A stretch of DNA of 64,000 nucleotides from Candidatus Krumholzibacteriia bacterium (GCA_963836185.1 CAWIIQ010000004.1:1-64000), one strand, 5' to 3'; shown: positions 40,975 through 50,519, numbered from the stretch's first letter. The notes: generated by a model not told the origin, from the letters alone. Translations and numbers: made by a program.

Positions 40975-41105
40975 TTAAATATCCCCCGGCACCCCACCGA
41001 AATAACCACGCCCCTTCTCATCAGAGCCTCGCAGGTAAACCCATAATAAATAAAGAGATAGGTAAGAAAAGAGAAGGAAGAATAGAAAGAATGGGAAAGA
41101 GGGGG

Positions 41106-41969
41106 TCAGTGGATCGTTTCGGAGTCGTCGTCGCCGCTGTTTTCGCGCTCCTGCTCAGAGTATCTCTCGAGGATGCGCCGTTCGGTCTCGGAGAGGTTCT
41201 CGTATCCCTTGTCTGATATCGTGTCGAGGATCGAGTCGATCTTGTCCATGTCGGATTCCTGCCTGCCTGTCGATGGCTTACCGCTTTCCCCGTCCCTGCT
41301 GTCTCCATCGAAGCTGACCTTCACGGGGATCTTCGAGAGCTTGCCGCTGATGTAATTGCGGAAACGCCGGAACTGGTATTCGCCCCGCATCATGATCAGG
41401 GCCGCTGCCATGCCGCCGAGGTGGGCGAAATGAGCTATATTGCCGCCGCCCCGTATTCCCAGCACGAGAGAGAGTACCGCCAGCCCTATCGCGAGATTAC
41501 GGGCTTTCACGGGGATCACGAACCATAGAAGAAGCCGCTGGTTGGGGAACATCACGGCGAATGCCAGCAGGATCCCGTACGCCGCGGCTGAGGCTCCGAT
41601 CACGGGCGTGTTGTAGGCGAAGAGAAAGCTGAATACGGCGCCGCCGAGACCGCAGGCAATGTAGAACTTCAGGAAGCGTGTCCCCCCCCAGATCTGCTCG
41701 AGGGTCCTTCCGAACATCCAGATGACGAACATGTTCAGGGTGATGTGCCAGAAGTCGGCGTGGAGGAACATGTATGTGACCATCTGCCAGACATAGCCGC
41801 GAGTAAGCACCAGTTTCGGTGTCAGTGCGAGATATCCCATTAAAGAGCGGCTTATCGGCATCCACGACAGTATGAACATGACCGCGTTTGCTATGATAAT
41901 ACGGACTATCACACTGTCGAGCGGGCTGCCCTGTTTTCTGAATCCCGAATAATTCCCGTTGCCGTACAT
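41106..41969 (-). CDS. Rhomboid protease with DUF6576-like C-terminal domain
   Basis: WQMVTYMFLHADFWHITLNM, IGASAA, AHFAHLGGM; IDSILDTISDKGYENLSETERRIL. Confidence 0.9.
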   Translation of the reverse strand: MYGNGNYSGFRKQGSPLDSVIVRIIIANAVMFILSWMPISRSLMGYLALTPKLVLTRGYVWQMVTYMFLHADFWHITLNMFVIWMFGRTLEQIWGGTRFLKFYIACGLGGAVFSFLFAYNTPVIGASAAAYGILLAFAVMFPNQRLLLWFVIPVKARNLAIGLAVLSLVLGIRGGGNIAHFAHLGGMAAALIMMRGEYQFRRFRNYISGKLSKIPVKVSFDGDSRDGESGKPSTGRQESDMDKIDSILDTISDKGYENLSETERRILERYSEQERENSGDDDSETIH

Positions 41970-42010
41970 TATGCTTCCTTGCGGTTCGAATCTTGCAAGC
42001 TTCTCAATGG

Positions 42011-42039
42011 ATAATAACGAAAAGGCCCACTATGGGCAA
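42011..42039 (-). promoter_or_regulatory. sigma70-type promoter for the rhomboid gene
   Basis: Minus strand TTGCCC, 17 nt, TATTAT. Confidence 0.55.
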
Positions 42040-42057
42040 GGCACCATGCGCCTGATT

Positions 42058-42086
42058 TTGACTCGACCGGATATAGCCGATATGCT
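42058..42086 (+). promoter_or_regulatory. Divergent sigma70-type promoter for the beta-helix protein
   Basis: TTGACT, 17 nt, TATGCT. Confidence 0.55.
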
Positions 42087-42100
42087 AGCTTTTCTGCGAG

Positions 42101-43000
42101 GTGAACAAGGTGATCAGATATTTAACGATTGTCCTGTCTGCATCGATCTTCCTGCACGGCGCTGCCGAGGCGCAGACTGACTGGATCGTCAAGGCTGACG
42201 GGAGCGGTGACGCTCCGACGATCCAGTCAGCTATAGACCTTGCCGTCACAGGTGACGGCATCGTCGTCTGGGGCGGCTACTACCACGAGGACGACCTTAT
42301 TGTCGAGAACAAGGATATCTATTTCCAGTACCAGTACGGCACTCCGGTGATAATATCCTCCAGCTACCGGCAGGGGACCGGTATCACATTCAGGAATGTC
42401 GGGATGGGCACGAACCTGCTCGGATTCGAATTCAGGGAGTTCGCCACGGGGATCTCTGTCGACAACGGCTCCGGAATGTACTGGTACTGCAATATCATCG
42501 ATTGCGGCACGGGGATAGAGATATCAGGCGCTTCATCGTCCCCCGGCGTCATGTTCAGTCTGGTCGATTCGTGCGGTACGGGGATCAGCGTTCTCGATGG
42601 ATCGGGGATCTCGATGAGGAACATGACTGTCGTCAACGCTGATACAGGTATCGAGTCTCTCGGCGGCTCGACCACCTTCACCAGGAGCATCATAAACAGC
42701 TGTGACACCGGCGTGTTCTGCTCGGGAGGCGCCATCGCCCTGAGCTGCAACAACTTCCATCTCAACATGGCCGACTACAGCGGCTGCGCGGCCGGCGCAG
42801 ACGATTTCTACGGCCTGACACGATTCTGTTATGCCGCCGGCGGATCACCCGGCCTTTATTTTCTTCACGTCGATTCTCCCTGCTGGGCGGAGAACAACGC
42901 CTGCGGCGTCGACGTGGGAACCTACACCCAGTCGCCCGGATGCACGGGCACCGCAATAGAGGAGACGAGCTGGGGCGCCATCAAGAAGATGCATCGCTGA
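42101..43000 (+). CDS. Secreted right-handed parallel beta-helix protein with C-terminal SWGxIK motif
   Basis: Signal peptide, VKADGSGDAPTIQSAID, repeated (C)GTGISV rungs, tail TAIEETSWGAIKKMHR. Confidence 0.85.
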   Translation: MNKVIRYLTIVLSASIFLHGAAEAQTDWIVKADGSGDAPTIQSAIDLAVTGDGIVVWGGYYHEDDLIVENKDIYFQYQYGTPVIISSSYRQGTGITFRNVGMGTNLLGFEFREFATGISVDNGSGMYWYCNIIDCGTGIEISGASSSPGVMFSLVDSCGTGISVLDGSGISMRNMTVVNADTGIESLGGSTTFTRSIINSCDTGVFCSGGAIALSCNNFHLNMADYSGCAAGADDFYGLTRFCYAAGGSPGLYFLHVDSPCWAENNACGVDVGTYTQSPGCTGTAIEETSWGAIKKMHR

Positions 43001-43052
43001 CGCTGAGTCTGTCACGCGATCTCATCAACTCCGGAAAGAGAAGGAGAGAATC

Positions 43053-44762
43053 ATGCGCAGAGGCATCGCCGCGCTCGCGGCGTCTGTTCTTGTCGTATCA
43101 GTATCGGTCCTTGTCCTCCAGGGGGGCGTTGTGAAAGGGCACAGGCCCGACTCGTCCGAAACGCTCTTTTACAACTGCCAGGTATATACGATGAACGAGG
43201 ATCATCCGGTCGCCGAAGCGGTCATGGTCCAGGGCGACAGTATACTCTTTGTCGGCACCAGCGAAGAGGCGCTGGCCACAGCGAGCGCCGGGGCGATGAA
43301 GCTCGACATGAAAGGGTTGACCATCATCCCGGGGCTGGTCGACGCCCACGCGCATTTCACCGGGTTCGCGGCCAGCCGGGCGGCGCTCGACCTGAACGGG
43401 ACCGTCTCGGTCGGGCAGGTCCGCGACAGGCTGGCGGCCAGGTCGGCAGCAGCCCACAGGGGCCACTGGATCACCGGCAGGGGATGGGATCAGAACGATT
43501 GGGATATCAAGGAATTTCCCGACAGGACCGATATCGATCCGGTAAGCCCCGAGAATCCAGTGCTGCTCACGAGGGTCTGCGGCCATGCCGCGGTCGCCAA
43601 TTCGATGGCTCTCGAAGCTGCCGGTATCGGAGCGGGCACACCCGACCCGGACGGGGGGAAGATCGAAAAGGATGCCTCCGGAGAGCCCACAGGTATTCTT
43701 CTCGATGAGGCGATCTCGCTCGTGCGGGAAGTCATCCCCAAGCACACCCGCGAGATGAAGATGAGTCTCATGATATGCGCCGCGCAGGAATGCCTCGCAG
43801 CCGGACTGACCGGGACGCACGAGATGGGCATAGGCAGCGAGACAGCCGGCATCTACCGCGAGCTCTACGAGACAGAGGAGCTTCCGTTCAGGATAACTGC
43901 CTATTATGATGGTGACGCGGAAGACCTCGACTCCGTTCTTGCCGTGGGACCGGTAGATGATTTTGCCGGCGGCATGTTCTCGCTTGCCGGCGTGAAGTTC
44001 TACGGGGACGGTTCTCTCGGGGCGAGGAGCGCCGCGATGCTCGAGGATTACTCGGACGACCCTGGAAACAGGGGGATAATAGTCACCGATCCCGAAGTGC
44101 TGTATAAAAAGGTGCTCGCCTGCCACAGGGCGGGGTTCCAGGTGGCGACCCACGCGATCGGGGACCGGACCAACCGTGTCGTACTCGATACCTACGAGAA
44201 GGTGCTCGAGCAGGAGCCGGGCAGCGGCCTGCGGCACCGCATCGAGCATGCGCAGATACTGTCCCCTGAGGATATCGGACGGTTCGCCTCTCTCGGCGTC
44301 ATCCCCTCGATGCAGTTCACCCATTGTACATCTGACATGCCGTGGGCGGGCGACAGGGTAGGGGAGAGCCGCCTCAAGGGAGCTTATGCCTGGAGATCTC
44401 TTATGGACGCGGGCTCGAGGATACCGGGAGGCTCCGACTACCCGGTCGAATCGATCGATCCGCTCCTGGGAATATACGCCGCCGTGACGAGAGAGGATCT
44501 CGATGGGAACCCGGCTGGGGGCTGGATGCCGGGCCAGCGGCTCACGATCGAGGAAGCGGTCAGGGCCTTTACCCTCGACGCGGCATGGGCTGCGGGCCAG
44601 GAGGATGAGAGGGGCTCGATCGTGAAGGGGAAGAAGGCCGATCTGACCATCCTTGGTGCCGATATCATGAAGATAGATCCGGGTGAGATCCCGGGGATAA
44701 AGATCATCGCAACCGTCGTCGGGGGGAGGATGAGATACAGGGCCGAGGGGGCGTCTTTCTGA
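43053..44762 (+). CDS. Amidohydrolase 3 family (YtcJ-like), exported or membrane-anchored
   Basis: PGLVDAHAH, GRGWDQNDW, KFYGDGSLGARSAA, HAIGD, RHRIEHAQ, GSDYPV. Confidence 0.92.
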   Translation: MRRGIAALAASVLVVSVSVLVLQGGVVKGHRPDSSETLFYNCQVYTMNEDHPVAEAVMVQGDSILFVGTSEEALATASAGAMKLDMKGLTIIPGLVDAHAHFTGFAASRAALDLNGTVSVGQVRDRLAARSAAAHRGHWITGRGWDQNDWDIKEFPDRTDIDPVSPENPVLLTRVCGHAAVANSMALEAAGIGAGTPDPDGGKIEKDASGEPTGILLDEAISLVREVIPKHTREMKMSLMICAAQECLAAGLTGTHEMGIGSETAGIYRELYETEELPFRITAYYDGDAEDLDSVLAVGPVDDFAGGMFSLAGVKFYGDGSLGARSAAMLEDYSDDPGNRGIIVTDPEVLYKKVLACHRAGFQVATHAIGDRTNRVVLDTYEKVLEQEPGSGLRHRIEHAQILSPEDIGRFASLGVIPSMQFTHCTSDMPWAGDRVGESRLKGAYAWRSLMDAGSRIPGGSDYPVESIDPLLGIYAAVTREDLDGNPAGGWMPGQRLTIEEAVRAFTLDAAWAAGQEDERGSIVKGKKADLTILGADIMKIDPGEIPGIKIIATVVGGRMRYRAEGASF

Positions 44763-44808
44763 TCGAATGACATCCCGCCGGCCCCGTATCCTGAGTCGGC
44801 CTCGCGGA

Positions 44809-45810
44809 CTACTTTATCTCACGGAGCATTACCGATCCGTCACCGGTGCGGATCCTGATATTGCCTTTTCCTTTTCCAAGTTTTCCTGACATCCAGCTGT
44901 TTCCGCTCTGGACGTCTTTTGCCGAGGACAGTTCTGTACGGATCCTGCCGTCGTCTACATCGATCGAGAAAGAGGCGGATATCCCGCTCTGCAGGCTCAG
45001 ATCGATGTCTCCATCGTCGGTCCTGATCTCGAGGTCAAGGCTGCCGGTCTTCAGAAGCTCGATATCGATATCCCCGTCCTGTGCCTTTAGATCCATCACG
45101 GTCGTCTTGACTCGAAGGAACTCCATGTCGCCGTCGTCGACCTCGACATAGAAATCACCCTCAGAGTCGCGGACCCGGACGCCGCCGTCCTCGGCCTGGA
45201 TGCGGCAGTCACTGAATTTTCCGCGGTTGATATCGATCCGTCCGTCGTCCCCGACGATATCGAGGGAGCCGGAGTGCCCGTCCAGCGATATGTCGCCGTC
45301 CGCGGCCCTGATCTTCGTCCTGTCCGGTTCGCATCCATAGAGGTTGATCTCACCATCGTCCAGATTGATCTCGATCTTGCCGGTCCACTTCTCTACATCG
45401 ATATTCCCGTCATCTCCATGCAGATCGAGTTCGATGTATCGAGGCGCCGAGATCGTGTAGGTGTATTCCTTGAGGATATATACCTGCAGACCCATGAATC
45501 CGCTTCTCGATTCCTTGCCCGACACCTCGATCACCCCGTTTTTCTCCTCGAACTCAACGGTGAAATCGTTTTCAGAGTCGTCGCCGAAGCCCTTGCGCTC
45601 CGCGTGGTAGTGAACATTGATCTCTATGATGTCCTTGTCCCATGGGATGATCGTGACGTCCCCGTCGCCGTGTCTCAGCCTGAGCGCCCATCCGCGTTCG
45701 ACTTCGAAGCTCTCGTTGAAATCACGCTCTATCTCTCCGCCCGCGGCGGGGACGGCCGTCAAGAGAAGCAGCGCCGCCGCGGCAGCGCAGAAGATCCTGG
45801 TTCGATTCAT
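44809..45810 (-). CDS. DUF4097 beta-strand repeat secreted protein
   Basis: Signal peptide; about nine DDG-x-I repeats; ends GKGNIRIRTGDGSV. Confidence 0.8.
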   Translation of the reverse strand: MNRTRIFCAAAAALLLLTAVPAAGGEIERDFNESFEVERGWALRLRHGDGDVTIIPWDKDIIEINVHYHAERKGFGDDSENDFTVEFEEKNGVIEVSGKESRSGFMGLQVYILKEYTYTISAPRYIELDLHGDDGNIDVEKWTGKIEINLDDGEINLYGCEPDRTKIRAADGDISLDGHSGSLDIVGDDGRIDINRGKFSDCRIQAEDGGVRVRDSEGDFYVEVDDGDMEFLRVKTTVMDLKAQDGDIDIELLKTGSLDLEIRTDDGDIDLSLQSGISASFSIDVDDGRIRTELSSAKDVQSGNSWMSGKLGKGKGNIRIRTGDGSVMLREIK

Positions 45811-45849
45811 CGTACACCTCCGTATATATGCTTCTTAGATATGTAATAG

Positions 45850-45875
45850 TACGCAACTGCGCCGGTAATGTTTCA
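45850..45875 (-). promoter_or_regulatory. ECF-sigma (SigW-like) promoter candidate for the DUF4097 gene
   Basis: Minus strand TGAAAC-ATTACCGGCGCAGTTG(16)-CGTA. Confidence 0.6.
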
Positions 45876-47534
45876 GGAGGGCATCCTCATCATCAGGAGA
45901 TAGGGGGGCATGCCCACGGAGTCGAATAGGAGTTCCCTGACACGCTCCCTCGGCTTGCCTCCGGTCCGGTCCACCGTTGCCTTCTTCACCATCGATTCGA
46001 CGGTCATCGTCGCTATTCCCTCTAAACCAGCTGCGGGGGAGACCGAGGCCCGGATGACTTCTATCTCTATCGTGGCCTCATCGAGCGGGGTGATCTCCCT
46101 GAGGTATTCCCTTGCCGCTTCCGCCGTATACTTTCCCGAATGCAGCCGGAACACGAGTACCATCCTTGCGAGGGCGGCCACACGTTCTCTGGAATGGAAC
46201 CTGTTCAGCTGCATCCTCTGTTCGGGGAAAAGGCCCGTCAGGTCGCCCGAATTGTGGGACTGCCACGCGTATCGATATGTCTCCGAACCGAATATCCTTC
46301 TGACGGGTGACTCGTTCCCGCACGCCATCCTGTCGGGGGATGACATCAACGATGAAGAGAGGAGCAGATCGTAGATGAGCCGGTCGACAGTATATTCCCG
46401 CCCTGCCGGGATAAATATCGCTGGCACGCATTCGCGGAGCTCACCGGGACCGAATACCCACCGTATATCTCTCTTCGGTATGACCGGGAGGGTAAGGTAT
46501 GGATTCACGGGGACCCTCAGAGGGATCCATGTATCTTCATGTTCTTTCACCGGAGAACGCGGGTTCTTTTTCATTCCGAAGGTCCGTCTCGAGGAGATCC
46601 CGTCCTCGATCTCCTTGAGGAGGGAATCTGCCAGTCCGGCCGACAGAGTGATTTTTTCTTTACCGGGGTCGGTCACGGCTGCTCCGGGGGGCGCGATCTG
46701 CCTCGAGAGCCGCCTCGCGATCTTCTCGGCCTCGGCGATCATCTTTCCAGGGTCGAAATCGAGATGCTCGGAGTACTGGAGGATCCGCGAGAGTTCCTCC
46801 ATCCCCATTATCAGCCTGCTCCGGGTCCGCAGCGCGAGACAGGAATCGATCGTCTCCCTGTACGTCTCTATCGCAAGGCTGGCCTCTTCGAGCCCGGGGG
46901 CAGGCTCGCCGTAACGCTCCCCGGCCAGGCGGGCCAGGCGCGGCATATTTCCAGAGAGCGACTCGAGTCGTCTGGCCGTCTCTTCGAGATGAATGCCTCC
47001 GGGCTTTTCGAGCAGGGCTGACGCGTTCTCCACCAGCGCGGGAATGCGGCTGATGCGTGCGGTCCACGCCCGCCGCTCGCCGTCGCCTGCCGGCCAGTCC
47101 CTTGCGGGCAGTCCCAGCAGCGCCTCCTCGATCATCCAGCAGAAAAGCAATGGATTGTCGAGGCAGGTGCGCGACTGCGTGAACACGAAACGCTCGCCTT
47201 TCATCCAGTCGCTGAGCAGGATCGACTGGTCCACCCTGTCGTCGTCGAGATCATCGGCAGGGAGGGACGAGATGGCGTCCATAAGTGTGTCGATCGTCGC
47301 CAGAGCATGCTCTATCTCATCTTGAGAAAATGTGAAGAGAAGTGAATCGGCCCCTTCTAGGCAGAGCCTCGAGGAACGCAGCGGATGCATGGTGATGTAC
47401 AGGGAAGCGGCATCTTCCGCTATCGCGTCGAAAGCTTCCCTTGAGATATCCATGGGCGAACGCTCTCCGCATCCGGCGATGAACGGGACAAGGCTGAGCG
47501 AGACTGCCGCGGTCCTGATGAACTGGTTCTTCAT
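45873..47534 (-). CDS. DUF885-like lipoprotein, divergent
   Basis: Lipobox FIAGC; RISRIPALVENA and ALARMVLVFRLHSGKYTAEAAREYL..EIEVIR resemble DUF885. Confidence 0.6.
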   Translation of the reverse strand: MKNQFIRTAAVSLSLVPFIAGCGERSPMDISREAFDAIAEDAASLYITMHPLRSSRLCLEGADSLLFTFSQDEIEHALATIDTLMDAISSLPADDLDDDRVDQSILLSDWMKGERFVFTQSRTCLDNPLLFCWMIEEALLGLPARDWPAGDGERRAWTARISRIPALVENASALLEKPGGIHLEETARRLESLSGNMPRLARLAGERYGEPAPGLEEASLAIETYRETIDSCLALRTRSRLIMGMEELSRILQYSEHLDFDPGKMIAEAEKIARRLSRQIAPPGAAVTDPGKEKITLSAGLADSLLKEIEDGISSRRTFGMKKNPRSPVKEHEDTWIPLRVPVNPYLTLPVIPKRDIRWVFGPGELRECVPAIFIPAGREYTVDRLIYDLLLSSSLMSSPDRMACGNESPVRRIFGSETYRYAWQSHNSGDLTGLFPEQRMQLNRFHSRERVAALARMVLVFRLHSGKYTAEAAREYLREITPLDEATIEIEVIRASVSPAAGLEGIATMTVESMVKKATVDRTGGKPRERVRELLFDSVGMPPYLLMMRMPS

Positions 47535-47634
47535 GACAATGATTATATACCTTCGCGGCCTGCCGTTAGTAAACCTCTTTCGCCTGCCACTTAAGATGCT
47601 GACAAGGAATGATTCTTCGCTTACAATGAGACGC

Positions 47635-49113
47635 ATGACAAAAGAAACTGGAAAGAGATCCGGGAAAAAACGCGGCAGGGGTCACCTGATAAGTCAGAAG
47701 ACCGCCGTCGTGACGATCTCCATCCTGCTCGGCGCGTGCGCGGCGGGATGGCTGATGACCGAGTTCTTTCCTCCCGATCTGCAGTACCGGCGGGAGTTCT
47801 TCAGGCAGCGCTGGGGTGATACGGCCCTCTCGGCGGTGGAGGCTCTCAAGCTTTACGATCCATTCCATTCATTCTGGTTCAGCGGTGTGCTCGCTCTTTT
47901 CTTCGTGGTCCTTTTCCTCTGCCTCGCGACGAGGTGGAAAGGGATGATAACGAAGAGTTTCCGTGTGACGGTCCCGCGGCAGCCGGCGAAGGGAAGCAAT
48001 GGCGGCCCCGGCTTTACGATACCGCTCGGAGAGGCGGCCGCCTGGAAGGATGAGAAGGACCCCGTGGCTCATTACGGGAAGCAGTTCGGCCGCCCCGGTG
48101 AGATATCGAAAGAATCGGCCGGGCGGATACTCGGGAGCGTCGGGAGGATATTCAGATCGAGGGGCTACAGTTTTGCGTCCCGCGATGACGACGGCTCGGT
48201 GGTATTCGCCGCCTCGTCGGGACGCTGGCGTCACCTGGGCAACTTCATCTTCCATATCGGGCTTCTTGTCATCACAGTCGGCGGAGTCATCGGAAGCAGG
48301 ATGGGGAGCAGCGAGATGCTCTACGGGCGCAGAGGGGATATACTTCCTGTCAGAGGCACCAATGCGACGCTGAGGGTCGACGATTTCAGGATCCTTATGA
48401 CCGGAAAGATGCAGGTCAGCGACTATGTTACATCGGTCACTGTCTTCGATGCTTCCGGAGCCGGCGTCGACTCGGCCGTGATCGAGGTCAACCATCCTCT
48501 CAGCTACGGCGGTACGAGTATATTCCAGAGCTCGTACTATCTCGCCGAGGACGAGTTCGAATGGGCGCGAATAAGGGTATCAGCGCCAGGTTCCCAGCCG
48601 CCGGCCACGATGACCCTGAGACAAGGTGCGGCCGAGCCGGTTCCGGGGACTGAACTGGCCATAACACCGGGCAGGTTCCTGCCCGATTTCCGGATGACCA
48701 AAAGCGGGCCGAGATCTGTCAGCGGTAATATGAACAACCCCGCCCTCGAGATCATACTCGACGGCCCTGACGGGCGTACGGCGGGCTGGACCTTTCTTCT
48801 GTATCCTGATTTCGGGACGAAGTTCGATCGTCTCGACACTGTCCTCTTCGAGGATGTCGAACCTGTCTATTACACGGGGCTCGAGATGTCGAGGAATCCC
48901 GGGGCCTCTCTCTTCATGGCGGGGATGATACTCGGCTCGGCCGGCCTGCTTCTGCTCTACATGTTCGATTACAGGGTCGTGCACGGCCGCATAGACGGGA
49001 CGGCTCTTTCTGTGACAGGAGTAACGGCCAGGTGGAAGGTCGCTTTCGGCGATCAGCTTACCGGGATAGAAAAAGAGATAAGAGCAGCGATCGAGAAGGA
49101 GAGTGCGACTTGA
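47635..49113 (+). CDS. resB: Cytochrome c biogenesis protein ResB/Ccs1 (system II)
   Basis: LYDPFHSFWF, GNFIFHIGLLVI..GG, IEVNHPLSYGG..IFQSSY, YTGLEMSRNPG. Confidence 0.9.
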   Translation: MTKETGKRSGKKRGRGHLISQKTAVVTISILLGACAAGWLMTEFFPPDLQYRREFFRQRWGDTALSAVEALKLYDPFHSFWFSGVLALFFVVLFLCLATRWKGMITKSFRVTVPRQPAKGSNGGPGFTIPLGEAAAWKDEKDPVAHYGKQFGRPGEISKESAGRILGSVGRIFRSRGYSFASRDDDGSVVFAASSGRWRHLGNFIFHIGLLVITVGGVIGSRMGSSEMLYGRRGDILPVRGTNATLRVDDFRILMTGKMQVSDYVTSVTVFDASGAGVDSAVIEVNHPLSYGGTSIFQSSYYLAEDEFEWARIRVSAPGSQPPATMTLRQGAAEPVPGTELAITPGRFLPDFRMTKSGPRSVSGNMNNPALEIILDGPDGRTAGWTFLLYPDFGTKFDRLDTVLFEDVEPVYYTGLEMSRNPGASLFMAGMILGSAGLLLLYMFDYRVVHGRIDGTALSVTGVTARWKVAFGDQLTGIEKEIRAAIEKESAT

Positions 49114-49922
49114 GCCCAACAGCAGACATCACCCTTTTCTGGGCCGCATTCTGGCTCTACCTCGGTTCGTTCATCCTGTTCGCCGTGCATGCATCCTCGG
49201 GAAACCGGCAGACGGGGATAATAGCTTCGGTCCTCTTTGCCGCCGGACTCGTCTTCAACACCGGCGGGCTCGCGGCGAGATGGTGGATAACGACGCATCC
49301 CCCGTTCGCGACGATGTACGAGTATTCGGTGACGATGGCATGGGTGATCGCCCTTTCGTTCGTCATATTCCTCGCCCGCTACCGCAAGATGTCTATCGGC
49401 GTCTTCGTCGCGCCGATATTGATAATAGTCATGGTGATCGCTTCGATGCTCCCGAAGGAGGCGTCGAAACAGCTTATGCCGGCACTTCAGTCGTACTGGT
49501 TCTATATTCACGTGACTATTGCCGCCATCTCCGAAGGGGCATTTCTCGTAGCTGCCGGCGCGGGAGCGATGTACCTGATAAGGGGAGAGAACGAGAGGGG
49601 CGGCAGGGCGCTGCCATCGAGGGAAGTGCTCGAGGAACTGATATCTAGGGCGATCCGTTTCGGTTATCCGCTCTTCTTTATCGGGGCAATATTCGCCGGG
49701 GCGATCTGGGCGAGAAACGCGTGGGGCAGGTTCTGGAGCTGGGATCCCAAGGAGACCGGGGCGCTTGTGATAGCCCTCTATTATACCCTTGTCCTTCACC
49801 AGAACGCTCGGGGCAGATGGAAGGGGAACAGACTCGCCGTCGCCTCGATAGTAGGGCTCGTCATCATACTTTTCAGTTTCCTGGGGAATCTTTTCCTCGG
49901 CGGCCTTCACGCCTATATCTGA
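49110..49922 (+). CDS. ccsA: Cytochrome c biogenesis protein CcsA/ResC (TTG start overlapping resB stop)
   Basis: HPPFATMYE, PALQSYWFYIHV, GAIWARNAWGRFWSWDPKET (WWD domain), GLHAY. Confidence 0.93.
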   Translation: MSPTADITLFWAAFWLYLGSFILFAVHASSGNRQTGIIASVLFAAGLVFNTGGLAARWWITTHPPFATMYEYSVTMAWVIALSFVIFLARYRKMSIGVFVAPILIIVMVIASMLPKEASKQLMPALQSYWFYIHVTIAAISEGAFLVAAGAGAMYLIRGENERGGRALPSREVLEELISRAIRFGYPLFFIGAIFAGAIWARNAWGRFWSWDPKETGALVIALYYTLVLHQNARGRWKGNRLAVASIVGLVIILFSFLGNLFLGGLHAYI

Positions 49923-49960
49923 CCGCCGGTCGATCTTTTTTACTGGAAGGAGGGCTTCTG

Positions 49961-50509
49961 ATGGATGTAAAGGAAGCCATAGAATCACGCAGGGCCTGGC
50001 GTTCGCTCGTGCCTGTCTCGATAGAGAGGGATACGATCGAGGAACTGGCCAGATGCGCCTCACTCTCGGCCTCCTGCTATAACAAGCAGCCCTGGAGGTA
50101 CGATTTCGTAGCGGGCGGAGAAAAACTCGAAGGGATGCGCGCTGCGCTGGCGAAGGGAAACGAGTGGGCCTTGAAAGGTTCGATGATAATCGCCGTCCAC
50201 TCGAAGGTGGAGGATGACTGCCTCGTCGCGGGGAGGGAGTACTACCTCTTCGATACGGGAATGGCCACGGCGTTGCTCATACTCAGGGCGGTGGAGCTCG
50301 GCCTCGTCGCCCATCCGATCGCCGGATTCGACGAGGAGAAGGTCAGGGAAGTGCTCGGCCTCGGCGGTGAGGAGACGGTCATAACCCTCATCATCGTTGG
50401 AAAGAGGGCCGATGGTATCGATCCCGGACTCACTCCATGGCAGAAGGAATCGGAGGAAGAGCGGCCTCCGAGGATGTCCCGGGAAGAGTTCATGCGCATA
50501 TTCGACTGA
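49961..50509 (+). CDS. Nitroreductase family protein
   Basis: AIESRRAWRS, SASCYNKQPWRY, FDTGMA..L..AVELGLVAHPIAGFD. Confidence 0.9.
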   Translation: MDVKEAIESRRAWRSLVPVSIERDTIEELARCASLSASCYNKQPWRYDFVAGGEKLEGMRAALAKGNEWALKGSMIIAVHSKVEDDCLVAGREYYLFDTGMATALLILRAVELGLVAHPIAGFDEEKVREVLGLGGEETVITLIIVGKRADGIDPGLTPWQKESEEERPPRMSREEFMRIFD

Positions 50510-50519
50510 CGATCCCCAG

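Noticed and set aside
40911-41000. TPP riboswitch resemblance (GGGGUGCC, GUAAUGCC)
   Set aside because: Lacks the CUGAGA junction directly after P3 and the ACCUGAU motif, and is not upstream of a gene on that strand.
40911-41043. Hammerhead ribozyme on the minus strand (CUGAUGAG...CGAAA, with UUACC/GGUAA as stem III)
   Set aside because: The cleavage triplet would end in G, only ~7 nt are available for stem I, and the GAAA segment is sequestered in a stronger local hairpin. The region is kept only as an unexplained structured element.
40172-41100. Integrative element at tRNA-Leu
   Set aside because: No integrase and no duplicated tRNA 3' end seen in the window.
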